Positions 19,591 to 31,294 are shown, counted from the stretch's first letter. The stretch: DNA of 64,000 nt from Candidatus Dojkabacteria bacterium (GCA_035444565.1 DAOMOX010000002.1:8013-72012); one strand, 5' to 3'. Notes: generated by a model from the letters alone, not told the origin. Numbers and translations: made by a program.

Positions 19591-22500
19591 TTATTTTATA
19601 GAAGCGTACATTATTTCCAATATGTAATACTGTGCAGTAGTCTCTGTGATTTGTTTTGGTAAGTCCAATTTACCAAGTCTTGATCTTAATTTTATAGTTA
19701 TTTTATTTAAAAGTTGCTGATATTCATTATTAGTAAGTTGTGCAGTTATAATCTTTGCTGCATTTGAAATTGCTGTAATTGTATTCTTTCTGACAGTATC
19801 TGCATTCGGGTCTTGATTATTCATAATCTCATTAATAATTAAGTCTAGTTCTCGTTTTAAACCAGTCCTATCTGTTTGTAATTCATTTTTAATTACATTT
19901 CTCACTAAATCTAATATCTCTTCGTTTGGCAATGTTATTTCATTAGTTGTTAAATATGCTCGTAAATTTTCGGTATTGGAATCAGTATCAATTACAGTTT
20001 CGGTTCCCATGATGGGAAGAATAGGATTGTCGACGGGTAAATCTTCTACATCCTCAGCTTCTCTTCCCACAAGTTCTTTATCTTGAGGAGATGAGGCCAG
20101 TTCTATTAACCTTTTCTCCGCGTCTGTTCTATTCTCTTCAACTAAACTAACCTTCACCACCCAGCCTTCAATCCCTCCCAAATTTTCTTCCTCTACTCGT
20201 AATTGGTATTTCCCTTCGGCTACTCCCTCATTAATTCTATCTGCAATTTTTCTTGTGGTATCACCGTCTTCTGATACATCGATGAAATCATCGACAACCT
20301 CATTAGTAAGAGTTACATATCCCATCTTCACTAGATCAGGCATGCGGTTTGCCAGATCACCAGTATCATCTATTCTTTCAATTTTATTAGATTTGAAAAC
20401 AAATTTAGAATCATCGGTTTCATCAACTGTATATACCAACCGTCCTCTTATCAAATCCAGTACTATTTCTTCGTCAGAAATTTCTGAACCTACAACAGCA
20501 TTAATCTCTTCTCTTTTGTTTTTGATAATTTCGAGTAAATCAGTTTTTTCTACAAGCCATTTCTCTTCTGATCTCTCATCTGTTACAGGAGAAAAACGGA
20601 CTTCTCTTCGACCTGAAACTATCTCATCTTTAGCATTCTCATCAAGTTGACCTCCAACCAGTTCTACTAATTCACCCAGTCTTCTCATATTGTAGTGTAA
20701 TAGTGCTCTTTTAGTAGCTTCTGCATTTTGGAATGAAAGCTCTACAGAATCTCCACTTTCACTTGTTGATTCGGTCTCAGTAAAGGGTTCTTCCTTCATT
20801 ATAGTTTCGGCTTGTTCTACGGGAATCACCAATAATTCATTAAATTTCTCTGTTAATCTCTCCTTTCCGGCAACCTTCTCTCTATCCACTTTTAATTTGC
20901 CTTTTATTTGCATAACATCTTCCGTACTAGTATCAGCGTCTTTTATAATCAATCCGGCATATTCTAATAGTTCTAAGACCTCAGCTTCGGGAAGGTTTTC
21001 ATAATCTATATTCCCTGATTCGGAAGCATCATCACTTAACCACAAAGCAGTTCTTCTATTTATTTCATTCAATACTATTCTGGTAATATTATCTGAGCCT
21101 CTAGTATCTTTTTCAATATTTCTCAATGTGTAGAGTACATTGCTTGGAAGTCTTCTGCTGAATTCATTGGAAGTAAGTCCCATATCGGGATCGTTATATT
21201 TCCCGCGTATTTCAATATAGGTATCATACACAGTAGCTCCAGGAGTTATGTCTAGGATTGTGTATTCTGCGCCTTCACTTTCAACATCAACTGCTGCTTC
21301 CGATATTAAAGGTTCTGCGACAAGGTCATTTCTATCACTTTGGTCAACCTCGGCATCAACAACTACAAATTCCCAAGCACTAATCCCATCAGGCATTTCA
21401 GGGATAGTTCTAGTCTGTAATGTAACTTCGTTATTTATTATTTTTCTAACTAAGACTTCTACAAATTTTTCTCTGAAATCATCAGGATTACTATCGGGAT
21501 TTCTTTCTGATAGATCAGATATTACTGATTCGGGTATATCCGAGGATAAAACATCATTATTTATCACTGTTTGAAGCAAACCTTGCACGTCATTTTCATT
21601 TAGTTCATCGCTAAATAAATTTTTATAACCTGCCAAAAGAGAATTTACGTATTCATCTCTATTATCAAAAGTAGGATTTCCATCAATAGCATTACTATAT
21701 ATGTAACTTCTTGAAGCTAGTAATGCTTCTTGTTCTGGTTCTAAACTAATAATTTTACTAATATCTTTATCCCGTATCCGTATATCTCCATTTAAAATCC
21801 AGGCATCATAGCCACTATATTGACTGTAATAATATGCAACTTTGCTGTTTTCTCCTATTATAGGTTGATTTAATGCTAATTCTAACTGAGAACGTATATC
21901 ATCTTTTTCCTTATATTCCCTAAATTTATCTGAAACAATAAATGTTGAATCACCAAGAACAACATCTGTTAGATCTAATAATGGCTCTTCTTCTGGAGTA
22001 GAACTAAAATTCTCAACAAGGACGTACTCATATATTCCTAGTCCTTCTAAACCAGGTATTTCTCTGGTGGTGAAAGTGTAATAATCACCCACTCTATCTA
22101 TTTCTTCAATTATAGTCTGACCAACAATTCTTCGTAACTCGTTAAGGTCTGTGATTTTATTAATACCTTTCTTCAATTTTAAAGTTTCAATAATTCCTTG
22201 TGGTAGTTCCGGTGATAATAGTCTTCCTAATATTTCTGGAATTTCATTTGTATTTTTAACGTCATTCTCTATTCTTCTAAGAATGTCCTCTCTGTCAACA
22301 ACTTCGTTCTGAGATATGTCTTGTGTATCAAATGATATTGAATACCTAATGTTTCTGTCGTAACTACTCTCTCCACTTCCTAATAAGTTTCTCGAAAAAA
22401 GAGTTCTTATCTGACCACGATTAAGATCTAGTGATGAATTATCTTTATTTGATAAAACTACCTGTTCGGAAGGATAAAATATGTGCACGTACTGAGGTGT

Positions 22501-25500
22501 TTCAAGATATATTCTTTCATCAGATAATATAAGTGGTGACCCGAGTGCCCATGATACACGTTCGAACAAATCACTATTTATAATTGCGTTCTTAATCTCA
22601 TTGTGTTGATCTTCATTAATACCCAAACCTTCTCTAAATTCTTCATCTCTAATTTTCTCTTGTCTCCGTCTATAAAGTGCGAAACCCCCAAATGCTGCTG
22701 TTAGTATTCCGAGAGTGGCGACACTTCCTATGATAAGTGGTTTTTTCATATCTTCTGGTATACCAGCATCCTCCAACATTGCATCGGTATCGACACCTTC
22801 TCCTGGAACAGGTTCCAATGGAGCTGTCGTTGGTTCTGGGGTTACAAATGGTTCGATTTCGGAAGTTGCGGTTTCTTTAACCTCTTCTGTGGGTTCTGGT
22901 GTAGCTGTAAATGTTGTCTCAGCAGTAGGTGACTGCTCTGTGGGAATAGATGTTGCGGTAACTGAAGCAGTCTCCTCTGGGGTTGTTACTGTTGTTGCAG
23001 TTAATTCTTCTTGGGATTGTTTTGCCTCAGCAGTCGGAGCCTGTGTTGTGTTTGTAGCTGTAGTCTGAGCAGTTGCTGAAGGAGTGACAGATGCAGTGGT
23101 TACTTCAACACGTGATTCAGATCTTGGCAATTGGTTTTGACCTTCTACATTATCTTTAATAAAATCTTTTACTGATTGTGGCAAATCTAGAACTGAGTAA
23201 GTCCCTTTTGATATTTGATTACCGTTACTTGTCCCAGCTACACTATATACTACTACTTCATCACCATAATTACTTCCGTCTGGCTTCATCAGCTTTACAA
23301 CTACTTCAGGCGAAGGACTATTATCTCTATTTACTATAATAAAACTCTCTTCAGTAACTACAAAATCATCACCTTCTTTGTAAATTACCGAACCATACTG
23401 GTCTGAAATCCTAGGATCCTCTAATGATTCGAAATCAAAAGCTGCTGTTGCAGTTGGTGCTGAAATTGTTGCTGTAGCTGTTTGAGTTAAGGTTGGTTCT
23501 GCAGTTGAAATTGGTGTTGCTTCTGGTTCAGCAGTGCTAGTTGCAGTAGGTTCGGGGGTTGATGTTACGGGAGGTGTTCCCTGAACATCTGAGTCTGATA
23601 GATTATTAAAAGTGTTGATGGTCGCTTGATCTACTTGGATATCTAATTTAGGATTTTCGTCAGTATCTTTTATACCCAATAAGTTAAATATATTTATATT
23701 TTTTTCATTTAAAATTTCTTGAAGTCTATTCAACATTCTGGGGTTTGTATATATTGCTACTACTTCTTCATAGGATTGTACTGACGTACTTGTGATAGGA
23801 TTCTCATCACCTTCATCTGTAGTATATAATATTCTCTCACCAAGTAAACTTTGTATGGTGCTATGTAATGTCATTAGAGCCACTGCAGGATCATCAGTCT
23901 CAACTACAGTGCCCTCAAAATTAAGAACTCGAATCAGATAGCCACTATCTTCTAATCCATCCCATCTTCCTCCATTTTCTCGTTCAATTACATCAAGTAA
24001 TGCATGTTGGGTAAGTTCTGAAAACGGTGCTAATCTTCCTGTTCGGAACTGCTCAGGTATATCAGAGTCATATCTATCTTCAATTCCAAGTTCTTTAAGA
24101 GCTTCGTATAAATGCTCAAACTTATAATCACCTTCTGGGAATCTTTCTATCGCAGAAAGTATAAGCCCGTTGACTAATAATTGAGAAATTTCCTCTCTAA
24201 TTATATCCATTCCCTCACCTGCGATTGTTTGGCCATCATTTACATCCTCATTAAAGTTCTGGAAGATACTGATTGTGTGAAATTTAAAACCATCCTCTGT
24301 GTAATTCGGGGGAGTTGTGGCAACTGAGCTTCTTTGTTCAATTATTTCTCGGTACTCATCGCCGATTGAGAAATTAATATTATTTGGAACAAAATCCTGA
24401 TTTCCGTTTAGATGAATAGAGTAGCCCATTTTACTTGCTATTTGTTCAACAAGATCATAGCTCACATTAAATTTTGTTTGCTGACCATTAATAGTTAAGT
24501 TTATTTCAATAGGATTTTCCTTATCTAATCTCTGGAATTCTTTAGGTTCTGGAGGAAATTCCTCCATTAATTTTTGTGCTTCTGTGGGGGTTGCACTCGC
24601 ATCTACTGTCGGAGCAAGGGTAGGTTCTTCTTCAACCGGCTCGGGAGTTGATACATTTCTAGTCGCTTCAGCTACTCGATCAAATATTCCTTTTATCAAT
24701 TCAATGTAATCCCCTTCTGGAACATCTGGGAATGCAGTGATAAATTCTTCTCTTGTTAAACTCTCGAAATTTTTATCATCTACTCTCTGATAAGAATTGT
24801 TTTCATACTTTTCAATGACTACATATGCCTCACTACCTTCACTAGGTCTTACAGTTAGTCGATATTCGGGATCTATATCATTGTCTGTATTTAAATAGAC
24901 ATAAATTCCATTATCTCCCTTTCCACTTACTTCTTTCATCATCCATTGACCTTTTTGATCACTGCCATTACCCAATGAATCTCCACCTTCGAAATTATCG
25001 AGTATATTTTTTCTATATTCCTCTTCATCCACGAAGTTGATCTCGGCTTCTTGAGCTTCGATTGTTCCTTCCGGAACAGGAGTAGGTCCTTCGTCACCAG
25101 TCTCTGGAGTGGCTGTTATAGTTCCTTCCTCTACCGCAGGTTCACTCGTAGCTGTAGGTGTGGTACTAGGTGGTGGAGACGTTGGAGTTGGTTCCGTACT
25201 GTTTGTTGTATCTCCCGTAGGTTCAGGTGTCGGATTTGTTACGGTCTCGGCATTATCACCTGTCACTTGTAGACTATCTGGAAGGTACTCCGCAATCTTT
25301 TGATTAGCCAATTCAACCATATCTCCTACAGAACCTGGCCTTTCTTCCTCATTGATTCTAAATTCAAGAATTCTTGTATCGGGAGGGATATTGTCTCCAG
25401 AAATTATTTCATAGTCAGAATTTACAGCTGTACTAATAAACAGTTGACCTTCAACATCTATTAATGCAACACCTTGATTCTTGATTTGTGTAGCGACATC

Positions 25501-28500
25501 ATCGCCAATTTCATTTAATGTGACGTATTTATCATTTGATGTTAAGAATTCATCCAAATCGATTTTTCCTTCTTCTATCAGTTTATCTGCTAAAGCCTTT
25601 AATCCCTCAATATCTTCAGGAATATCACCCGCATCGATTCCGTAGAAATGAGGTCCCCCGTGAAGGCTTCCTGTTATTCTCCCCGAGGAATCAGCATTAA
25701 TTTCGAGCGTGTAGTATGTTCTCTGTTCCTCTACACCTTCATTATTTATTTCGTTAAATGTTTGAGACCTCAATGCAACACCATGTTCAATTAGTGACTC
25801 TTCTGCCAATTTGTTTGATTGAGCAACTTCTTCAGATGTTGAATTTTCAGATCCACCAAAAATCGGAATGTTTGTCGTAACTACATCAGACCCTACTGTG
25901 AATTCTGTGTCAGGTATCTCCACAGTTGGAGAAACGATATCTTCAGCAGAATCGCTTTCATCTTCTACTCCATCTTCAACTTGTTCGTCGACAGTTTCCT
26001 CTGTAGTAACTCCTTCTCCGGTTGATTCATCTTGAGCAATTGGTCCAACTGCCCTCAATCTCATGTCTATACCAATATCTTCTGTCAATTCCACTAAAGA
26101 AAGCTCACTTACAATACTTTGAGGTCCAGCCATAACTGTGAATTCCGTTTGTTCTCCTATTACTGATCTGGTTTGATTGGAGCTTGTAGTTACTATTACG
26201 AATTCTCGTTCCTCTCCATCAACCTGAAGAGTGATAATAGGTAGTTCCCCTTCGTCTAATTCATTTAAGTAAGTTTGTATTTCTGATTGTAATGTTTGAG
26301 GCAAATCTGACAGACTTGTTGGTGCTGTTGTCTGAGTACCTGAAGTTCCTAACGTTGTAGAGTTGTCAACAACAGTAGACATTGAGACTGGTGAAATGTT
26401 TGTTCCAGAAATCGGCTCAAGTTCAGGTACGGTATCAGCGTCTATTGTGCGACCAAGAGTTATATCCACGGATGCTTGAGCATCTTTATAAATTTCATCG
26501 ATATGTTCTTGAGTCATCTTCCCATCTGAGAGATCTTCAGTTTGTTCAGCACTAAGCTCGACTAGGAAAATACGATTATGCGTACCAAGATTTGAATCAC
26601 CCGGAATAGTAACCAATACAAATTTGTTTTCTACAAAAGTAGCGTTTTCTCCCTCCTGTTCTACAACATTTAATATTCTAATACCTGAACCTGCTCCAGA
26701 ATCATTCAAAATTTCACCATCAACAACTCCGTTTAAAGATATAGAATATCCGCTATTTAAAACACCGGGTATAGAATCTTCTACTAAATTACCACCCTCA
26801 TTAATTATATATGGAGTTAAATCTTTGATATTACTTTCGGAGATGACGAGTTCAGAGAGCATACTATGTGGTTTCAAGACTAGTACATCTTGAGGATTTG
26901 GGTACCCAGAATTGTTATAGAATCTCTCGACCTGAGTTTCATCGCGGCTAATGGAGGCTACATCAAAATCTTCATTAGGTGAATTATGAGTATATACAAT
27001 ATTACCCAACATTGTTGTAAATGTCTGTGGCTCTCCAATTATGAGCTGAACACTTTGACCCGTACTACTTGGTAGGGTTAGTAACCCATCATTAATAAGC
27101 TCTTTTAGCTGATCCCCTGTTAGAGCTGATTGATAATGATTTAAGACATCATTCCATGTACTGAATGTAATTGAATTATTTGAGCTTAAGATATTATCTG
27201 TTGCATCTGCGACTGCATTGATTTGTTCATTAGTTAGACCTATCTCTTGTAACTGCTCAATACCCTCAGGAGATGGCATTTGATTGAGGATTTCATCTAC
27301 ATCTAAAGTTACTGGTGTATTTGAGGGAAACCTTGATAATTCAATTTCTTGTGTAAGTAAACCATCTTGAACAACCTTTTGTCCATTTTCTTCGGTGATA
27401 TCTGATTCATTTATCAGTCTCCACTGGTTATTCTCAAGAACAACCAATCCATATACAATACTACCCTCAGCTGTTGTATTATCCCCATCGATATCTACTT
27501 TTAAACTTAGCGTTCCATAAGGCAAACCATCTGTTTCATTGAAATATCCTTCAGATGGAATTTCTCCTGTAATAACTCTTCCTGTTTCAGGTAAGTTATC
27601 AAAAGGGAACGCTGTTTCACCATTTGATAAAACGACACTAGTTCCAATTTCATCTACATTTTCAATCTGAGTTTTAAAGTTATCACTATTAACTATATTA
27701 TGTAGTTCTGTTTTTAATTCATCAACGGGTCTTCCAATCCATTCATCACCTTCTAAAAATTGCGATGCATAAATAATATTGTCAGGAGCATTTCTCAAAT
27801 CTCCATCATATATAGCATTCTCTCCGTCGACATCAGGAACGACAGCATAGACAACCTGTACGACAAATTCATCCTGCGATGTTCGCATTGTTCTTATGAA
27901 CAAATCATCATCAGATGGCAATCTTTCTAAGTCTATATCGCTTACAAATAAATCTATCACTTTTGCGTGTTCAGAAGTACCTAAAATGACAGGTGAATGA
28001 TCTACATGATTATTTAATTCGTCAGGAACTGGGGCAAATATATTATCAACAACTTGATAGAATAGGATATCTTTTTCCAGATTTGCTCCCGCGATAGGGG
28101 TGTCATCAATTTTCCCACCAACTAATAATAAATCGTTTTCTTGATATTGGCTATGATTGACGTCACTAGGAATATAATTTGTTCGTACATTTAGTTCTCC
28201 TGTATCTGTTAAGCTATATGATCGCGCTGCAATAGTAATACTCTCTTCTTCTGGATGATTATTTAACCAATCCTTTACATCTCCATAAGTCCATCCAGCA
28301 TATTTGGATACTTCGCTCAGTCTATGTTCTAACTCTTCTTCTGGATTTTCTGTGTCAAGTACATTTATATCTCCAACAATTTGTTCAACTTGTTTATATA
28401 CAATTTCGGGCTCCACATCATGATCCACATCAAATCCAAAAGCAAGGCTTCCAGCATGTGTAGTTGCCGATTCAGGTGATTCCAGTTTATAAGTACCCGT

Positions 28501-30771
28501 AGCAGGGTCAAAGTGCAAAGCTCCGTAATATGTCTCAGAACCATCAGGATTCTCAACGACAGCCACTCCTCCATTTAACGGTTCGTTTAGCTCTGCTACT
28601 ACACCATCTTCACCCCAGATTTCGTGACCTTCTCTTACTACCTCAGCGACTGCCTCCCCAATACCATTTCCAGGTGTAACTTCTCCGATGCCGACGGATT
28701 GACTGTCACTGCCAGCTGGTTCATAAAGAACTTGATCAAGTATGGCAGATGTGGGTTGTTCGAAGACAGCTGCCATCTGAACTGCTATAGATGCATCTAT
28801 TCCAAATTCTTCGTGAAGTAATTTTTGTATATTACCTTCATGTTTATCAATCATCTCTGGTGTGATGCCATCTAAGAGATTGATTTGATCATCTGTAAGG
28901 GTTCTTATGGTATCCACATTTACTATTTGTCGTTCGTGTAATTCAGTTCGCTCCTCAGAGTCTGCACCCTGTATATTATGCAAAGCTTTTTGTATATCAT
29001 CAATTTTATTGCTTAACTCAACCTGTTCCAATTCGCTGATTGGCTTTTGCCAATGTTCGACGGATGAATCCACATGCTCAGCGGGTGGAGCTTCTTCTAT
29101 CACCCTACTACCTGTAGTTTCTGGTGTTTGATTATCAATATTGTTTTCTAGAGAAGTCTCCGTTAATACTGCTTCATCAGTTTGTTTAGAATCTTCTCGA
29201 TATACCATTTGCTCCACACCACCATTGTCAGCTCTATGGAATTCACCTTTCTCAACAGCATCAGCCATTGCTTGATACCTTTCGTAATCATTATGGCTAT
29301 CGACCTTATCTTGTGCAATTCTTGCTAAACTCTCCAAAGCGTCTTCGCGAACTTGAGATGGTGGTGTTTGAAGATGGTCAGCCTGGTCGACAACATCATT
29401 AGTCTCGTTTGAATCCATCCCATAACCGGAAGTTGCTGCTAGATATTCATCGAAAAAGTCATCTGAATCATTATCTCTTAAATCGTATAATTCTCCTGAT
29501 ACTACGGCTCCTGCTGGCATAAATATACTTGCCACAACTCCAGTAAGCCTGAGGGTATTTAGTGATAATTGAATTACCTTTCTTTGCTTTGGGGTCAATC
29601 TATCTAATAATCCTGCATCTGGCTCTTTATTACTAAGTAGAATTTCTGCAATTCCTTCATCCTCAAAACCTCGCACTTCTAGTATTGACGCCTGTTCAGG
29701 ATTGAGTTTCCCTTGCGAAATAAGCTCTTGTTCTTGTTGGTATTTATTCTGTAGTAATCTCCTAGCTAAAAATTCCAATTCAGTCAATGTGAGGTTTGTT
29801 CCATTATCTGCGTTGATTTGATCCAAAGCAGCTTTAGCAATTTTCTTTGTACCAGAATCAAATCCCATATTAGCGAATCTATATGCCATCTCAACTGACA
29901 TGTTCACACCTTGATCATTGGTCCAAATTACTGTACTTTCTGCTGAATGAGTAGGTAAATATGTCTTACTCTGAAGATTTTTATAACCTTTTGCCACTGT
30001 TTCGATAGAAGTAATTGAAGGTGCTGTTATATCAGTAATGTCTTCTCTTTTCTTAAGTGCGATCGTCGTAATTTCGTCAATACTCGTATTTGGGTTTAAC
30101 ACGTGTTCTGTAGTAATTAATTTGGATGCTAATTCTGATTCGTGAAGTAGTGCTACAAGCTCTCTCGGTAGGACTTTATTTAATTTGCCGTCCGTTGTGA
30201 GATTAACATATTTACTTAATACATCATTTAAACTTGCAAGGGATGCTCCATAATTTTCACCTAAAACATCAATTGACTCGCCTAAATACCTCTGAATAGT
30301 CTCAAAAACTATAAGCTGCCCATCTGCACTTAGATTTCCTTCTTTACTAAATAACTCCTTGTCACTGATTTCTAGTTCATTTAGTAGTCTATCTAGATAA
30401 TAAGCAAATGCTGCATCTTCAGTTTCAGATGTTGTATCTAATTCTGGAAGAATTTCATATATTTTATCTGCTCTCTGCACAATAGACAGAGAAGATGTCA
30501 CCTCCTTCCTTTTGGTTTTACCACCTCCTAATATTTTGAGACCTCCGATTTTAACGACTTCTGTTCTGGTATATCTCTCTCCTAACAAAACGTTATTCCG
30601 GAATTCCACGTCTGGCTTATAATCACCACTATCTAACAATAGAGGATTTTCCGTTCTGTTACCTAACAAATCTTGTGCTGCCATTGTTGCAAATACTTCT
30701 GTCATAACTCGCACATCAGGCGGGATATTTGTTGGTTTAGTGACTTCTACCACTGATCTCTCAATTCCCAT
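19591..30771 (-). CDS. Giant (3726 aa) acidic membrane-anchored protein of unknown function
   Basis: Uninterrupted 11.2-kb ORF; hydrophobic segments near aa 410 and aa 2680 (followed by RRRQEK); several Pro/Thr/Glu linkers. Confidence 0.85.
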   Translation of the reverse strand: MGIERSVVEVTKPTNIPPDVRVMTEVFATMAAQDLLGNRTENPLLLDSGDYKPDVEFRNNVLLGERYTRTEVVKIGGLKILGGGKTKRKEVTSSLSIVQRADKIYEILPELDTTSETEDAAFAYYLDRLLNELEISDKELFSKEGNLSADGQLIVFETIQRYLGESIDVLGENYGASLASLNDVLSKYVNLTTDGKLNKVLPRELVALLHESELASKLITTEHVLNPNTSIDEITTIALKKREDITDITAPSITSIETVAKGYKNLQSKTYLPTHSAESTVIWTNDQGVNMSVEMAYRFANMGFDSGTKKIAKAALDQINADNGTNLTLTELEFLARRLLQNKYQQEQELISQGKLNPEQASILEVRGFEDEGIAEILLSNKEPDAGLLDRLTPKQRKVIQLSLNTLRLTGVVASIFMPAGAVVSGELYDLRDNDSDDFFDEYLAATSGYGMDSNETNDVVDQADHLQTPPSQVREDALESLARIAQDKVDSHNDYERYQAMADAVEKGEFHRADNGGVEQMVYREDSKQTDEAVLTETSLENNIDNQTPETTGSRVIEEAPPAEHVDSSVEHWQKPISELEQVELSNKIDDIQKALHNIQGADSEERTELHERQIVNVDTIRTLTDDQINLLDGITPEMIDKHEGNIQKLLHEEFGIDASIAVQMAAVFEQPTSAILDQVLYEPAGSDSQSVGIGEVTPGNGIGEAVAEVVREGHEIWGEDGVVAELNEPLNGGVAVVENPDGSETYYGALHFDPATGTYKLESPESATTHAGSLAFGFDVDHDVEPEIVYKQVEQIVGDINVLDTENPEEELEHRLSEVSKYAGWTYGDVKDWLNNHPEEESITIAARSYSLTDTGELNVRTNYIPSDVNHSQYQENDLLLVGGKIDDTPIAGANLEKDILFYQVVDNIFAPVPDELNNHVDHSPVILGTSEHAKVIDLFVSDIDLERLPSDDDLFIRTMRTSQDEFVVQVVYAVVPDVDGENAIYDGDLRNAPDNIIYASQFLEGDEWIGRPVDELKTELHNIVNSDNFKTQIENVDEIGTSVVLSNGETAFPFDNLPETGRVITGEIPSEGYFNETDGLPYGTLSLKVDIDGDNTTAEGSIVYGLVVLENNQWRLINESDITEENGQKVVQDGLLTQEIELSRFPSNTPVTLDVDEILNQMPSPEGIEQLQEIGLTNEQINAVADATDNILSSNNSITFSTWNDVLNHYQSALTGDQLKELINDGLLTLPSSTGQSVQLIIGEPQTFTTMLGNIVYTHNSPNEDFDVASISRDETQVERFYNNSGYPNPQDVLVLKPHSMLSELVISESNIKDLTPYIINEGGNLVEDSIPGVLNSGYSISLNGVVDGEILNDSGAGSGIRILNVVEQEGENATFVENKFVLVTIPGDSNLGTHNRIFLVELSAEQTEDLSDGKMTQEHIDEIYKDAQASVDITLGRTIDADTVPELEPISGTNISPVSMSTVVDNSTTLGTSGTQTTAPTSLSDLPQTLQSEIQTYLNELDEGELPIITLQVDGEEREFVIVTTSSNQTRSVIGEQTEFTVMAGPQSIVSELSLVELTEDIGIDMRLRAVGPIAQDESTGEGVTTEETVDEQVEDGVEDESDSAEDIVSPTVEIPDTEFTVGSDVVTTNIPIFGGSENSTSEEVAQSNKLAEESLIEHGVALRSQTFNEINNEGVEEQRTYYTLEINADSSGRITGSLHGGPHFYGIDAGDIPEDIEGLKALADKLIEEGKIDLDEFLTSNDKYVTLNEIGDDVATQIKNQGVALIDVEGQLFISTAVNSDYEIISGDNIPPDTRILEFRINEEERPGSVGDMVELANQKIAEYLPDSLQVTGDNAETVTNPTPEPTGDTTNSTEPTPTSPPPSTTPTATSEPAVEEGTITATPETGDEGPTPVPEGTIEAQEAEINFVDEEEYRKNILDNFEGGDSLGNGSDQKGQWMMKEVSGKGDNGIYVYLNTDNDIDPEYRLTVRPSEGSEAYVVIEKYENNSYQRVDDKNFESLTREEFITAFPDVPEGDYIELIKGIFDRVAEATRNVSTPEPVEEEPTLAPTVDASATPTEAQKLMEEFPPEPKEFQRLDKENPIEINLTINGQQTKFNVSYDLVEQIASKMGYSIHLNGNQDFVPNNINFSIGDEYREIIEQRSSVATTPPNYTEDGFKFHTISIFQNFNEDVNDGQTIAGEGMDIIREEISQLLVNGLILSAIERFPEGDYKFEHLYEALKELGIEDRYDSDIPEQFRTGRLAPFSELTQHALLDVIERENGGRWDGLEDSGYLIRVLNFEGTVVETDDPAVALMTLHSTIQSLLGERILYTTDEGDENPITSTSVQSYEEVVAIYTNPRMLNRLQEILNEKNINIFNLLGIKDTDENPKLDIQVDQATINTFNNLSDSDVQGTPPVTSTPEPTATSTAEPEATPISTAEPTLTQTATATISAPTATAAFDFESLEDPRISDQYGSVIYKEGDDFVVTEESFIIVNRDNSPSPEVVVKLMKPDGSNYGDEVVVYSVAGTSNGNQISKGTYSVLDLPQSVKDFIKDNVEGQNQLPRSESRVEVTTASVTPSATAQTTATNTTQAPTAEAKQSQEELTATTVTTPEETASVTATSIPTEQSPTAETTFTATPEPTEEVKETATSEIEPFVTPEPTTAPLEPVPGEGVDTDAMLEDAGIPEDMKKPLIIGSVATLGILTAAFGGFALYRRRQEKIRDEEFREGLGINEDQHNEIKNAIINSDLFERVSWALGSPLILSDERIYLETPQYVHIFYPSEQVVLSNKDNSSLDLNRGQIRTLFSRNLLGSGESSYDRNIRYSISFDTQDISQNEVVDREDILRRIENDVKNTNEIPEILGRLLSPELPQGIIETLKLKKGINKITDLNELRRIVGQTIIEEIDRVGDYYTFTTREIPGLEGLGIYEYVLVENFSSTPEEEPLLDLTDVVLGDSTFIVSDKFREYKEKDDIRSQLELALNQPIIGENSKVAYYYSQYSGYDAWILNGDIRIRDKDISKIISLEPEQEALLASRSYIYSNAIDGNPTFDNRDEYVNSLLAGYKNLFSDELNENDVQGLLQTVINNDVLSSDIPESVISDLSERNPDSNPDDFREKFVEVLVRKIINNEVTLQTRTIPEMPDGISAWEFVVVDAEVDQSDRNDLVAEPLISEAAVDVESEGAEYTILDITPGATVYDTYIEIRGKYNDPDMGLTSNEFSRRLPSNVLYTLRNIEKDTRGSDNITRIVLNEINRRTALWLSDDASESGNIDYENLPEAEVLELLEYAGLIIKDADTSTEDVMQIKGKLKVDREKVAGKERLTEKFNELLVIPVEQAETIMKEEPFTETESTSESGDSVELSFQNAEATKRALLHYNMRRLGELVELVGGQLDENAKDEIVSGRREVRFSPVTDERSEEKWLVEKTDLLEIIKNKREEINAVVGSEISDEEIVLDLIRGRLVYTVDETDDSKFVFKSNKIERIDDTGDLANRMPDLVKMGYVTLTNEVVDDFIDVSEDGDTTRKIADRINEGVAEGKYQLRVEEENLGGIEGWVVKVSLVEENRTDAEKRLIELASSPQDKELVGREAEDVEDLPVDNPILPIMGTETVIDTDSNTENLRAYLTTNEITLPNEEILDLVRNVIKNELQTDRTGLKRELDLIINEIMNNQDPNADTVRKNTITAISNAAKIITAQLTNNEYQQLLNKITIKLRSRLGKLDLPKQITETTAQYYILEIMYASIK

Positions 30772-31081
30772 TTGTTTTTTCTATTAATGCATAATTAAAT
30801 ATCTCCCTAACATCGGAGTTTACAGACTTAAATATATTTTCAATGTCTGTTTCATTAAGTTTTTCATTCATAAAATCTAAAAACTCAATCGTAATACCAC
30901 TTTTTAAAATATTTAACATTAGCGGTTTTTCTTCTGTTGGGAGCTTTATGAACAAATAATTAATAACTTTATTAATTAATAGAGTTCGCATAATAGAGTC
31001 TTTACTTGATAAATCCTGAGAAAAAATCACTTTAAGTAGTGCCTGATATTTATCTTTTGAATTAATTCTCTTCAATTTCAT
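30761..31081 (-). CDS. Hypothetical protein
   Basis: 106-aa ORF overlapping the start of the giant gene. Confidence 0.55.
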   Translation of the reverse strand: MKLKRINSKDKYQALLKVIFSQDLSSKDSIMRTLLINKVINYLFIKLPTEEKPLMLNILKSGITIEFLDFMNEKLNETDIENIFKSVNSDVREIFNYALIEKTNGN

Positions 31082-31294
31082 AAAAGTGTCGATTTAGTGT
31101 ATTTATGTAATACTTTGATATTAATGATTATATAACACATTCAAATTTCTGTGTTATGTTAATAAAGTTATTTAAATCATACAGTTTTTAATAGAAAAAT
31201 AAAGTTTTTTCTAAATCACGTTTAAATTTTTATTGTTTGAATTTACTTAAATTGAATAAAAATATAAGATGTAAATATCTTTAATAATTTCGCT

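Noticed and set aside
15297-31081. Prophage or conjugative element
   Set aside because: No integrase, terminase, capsid, relaxase or T4SS motifs recognised
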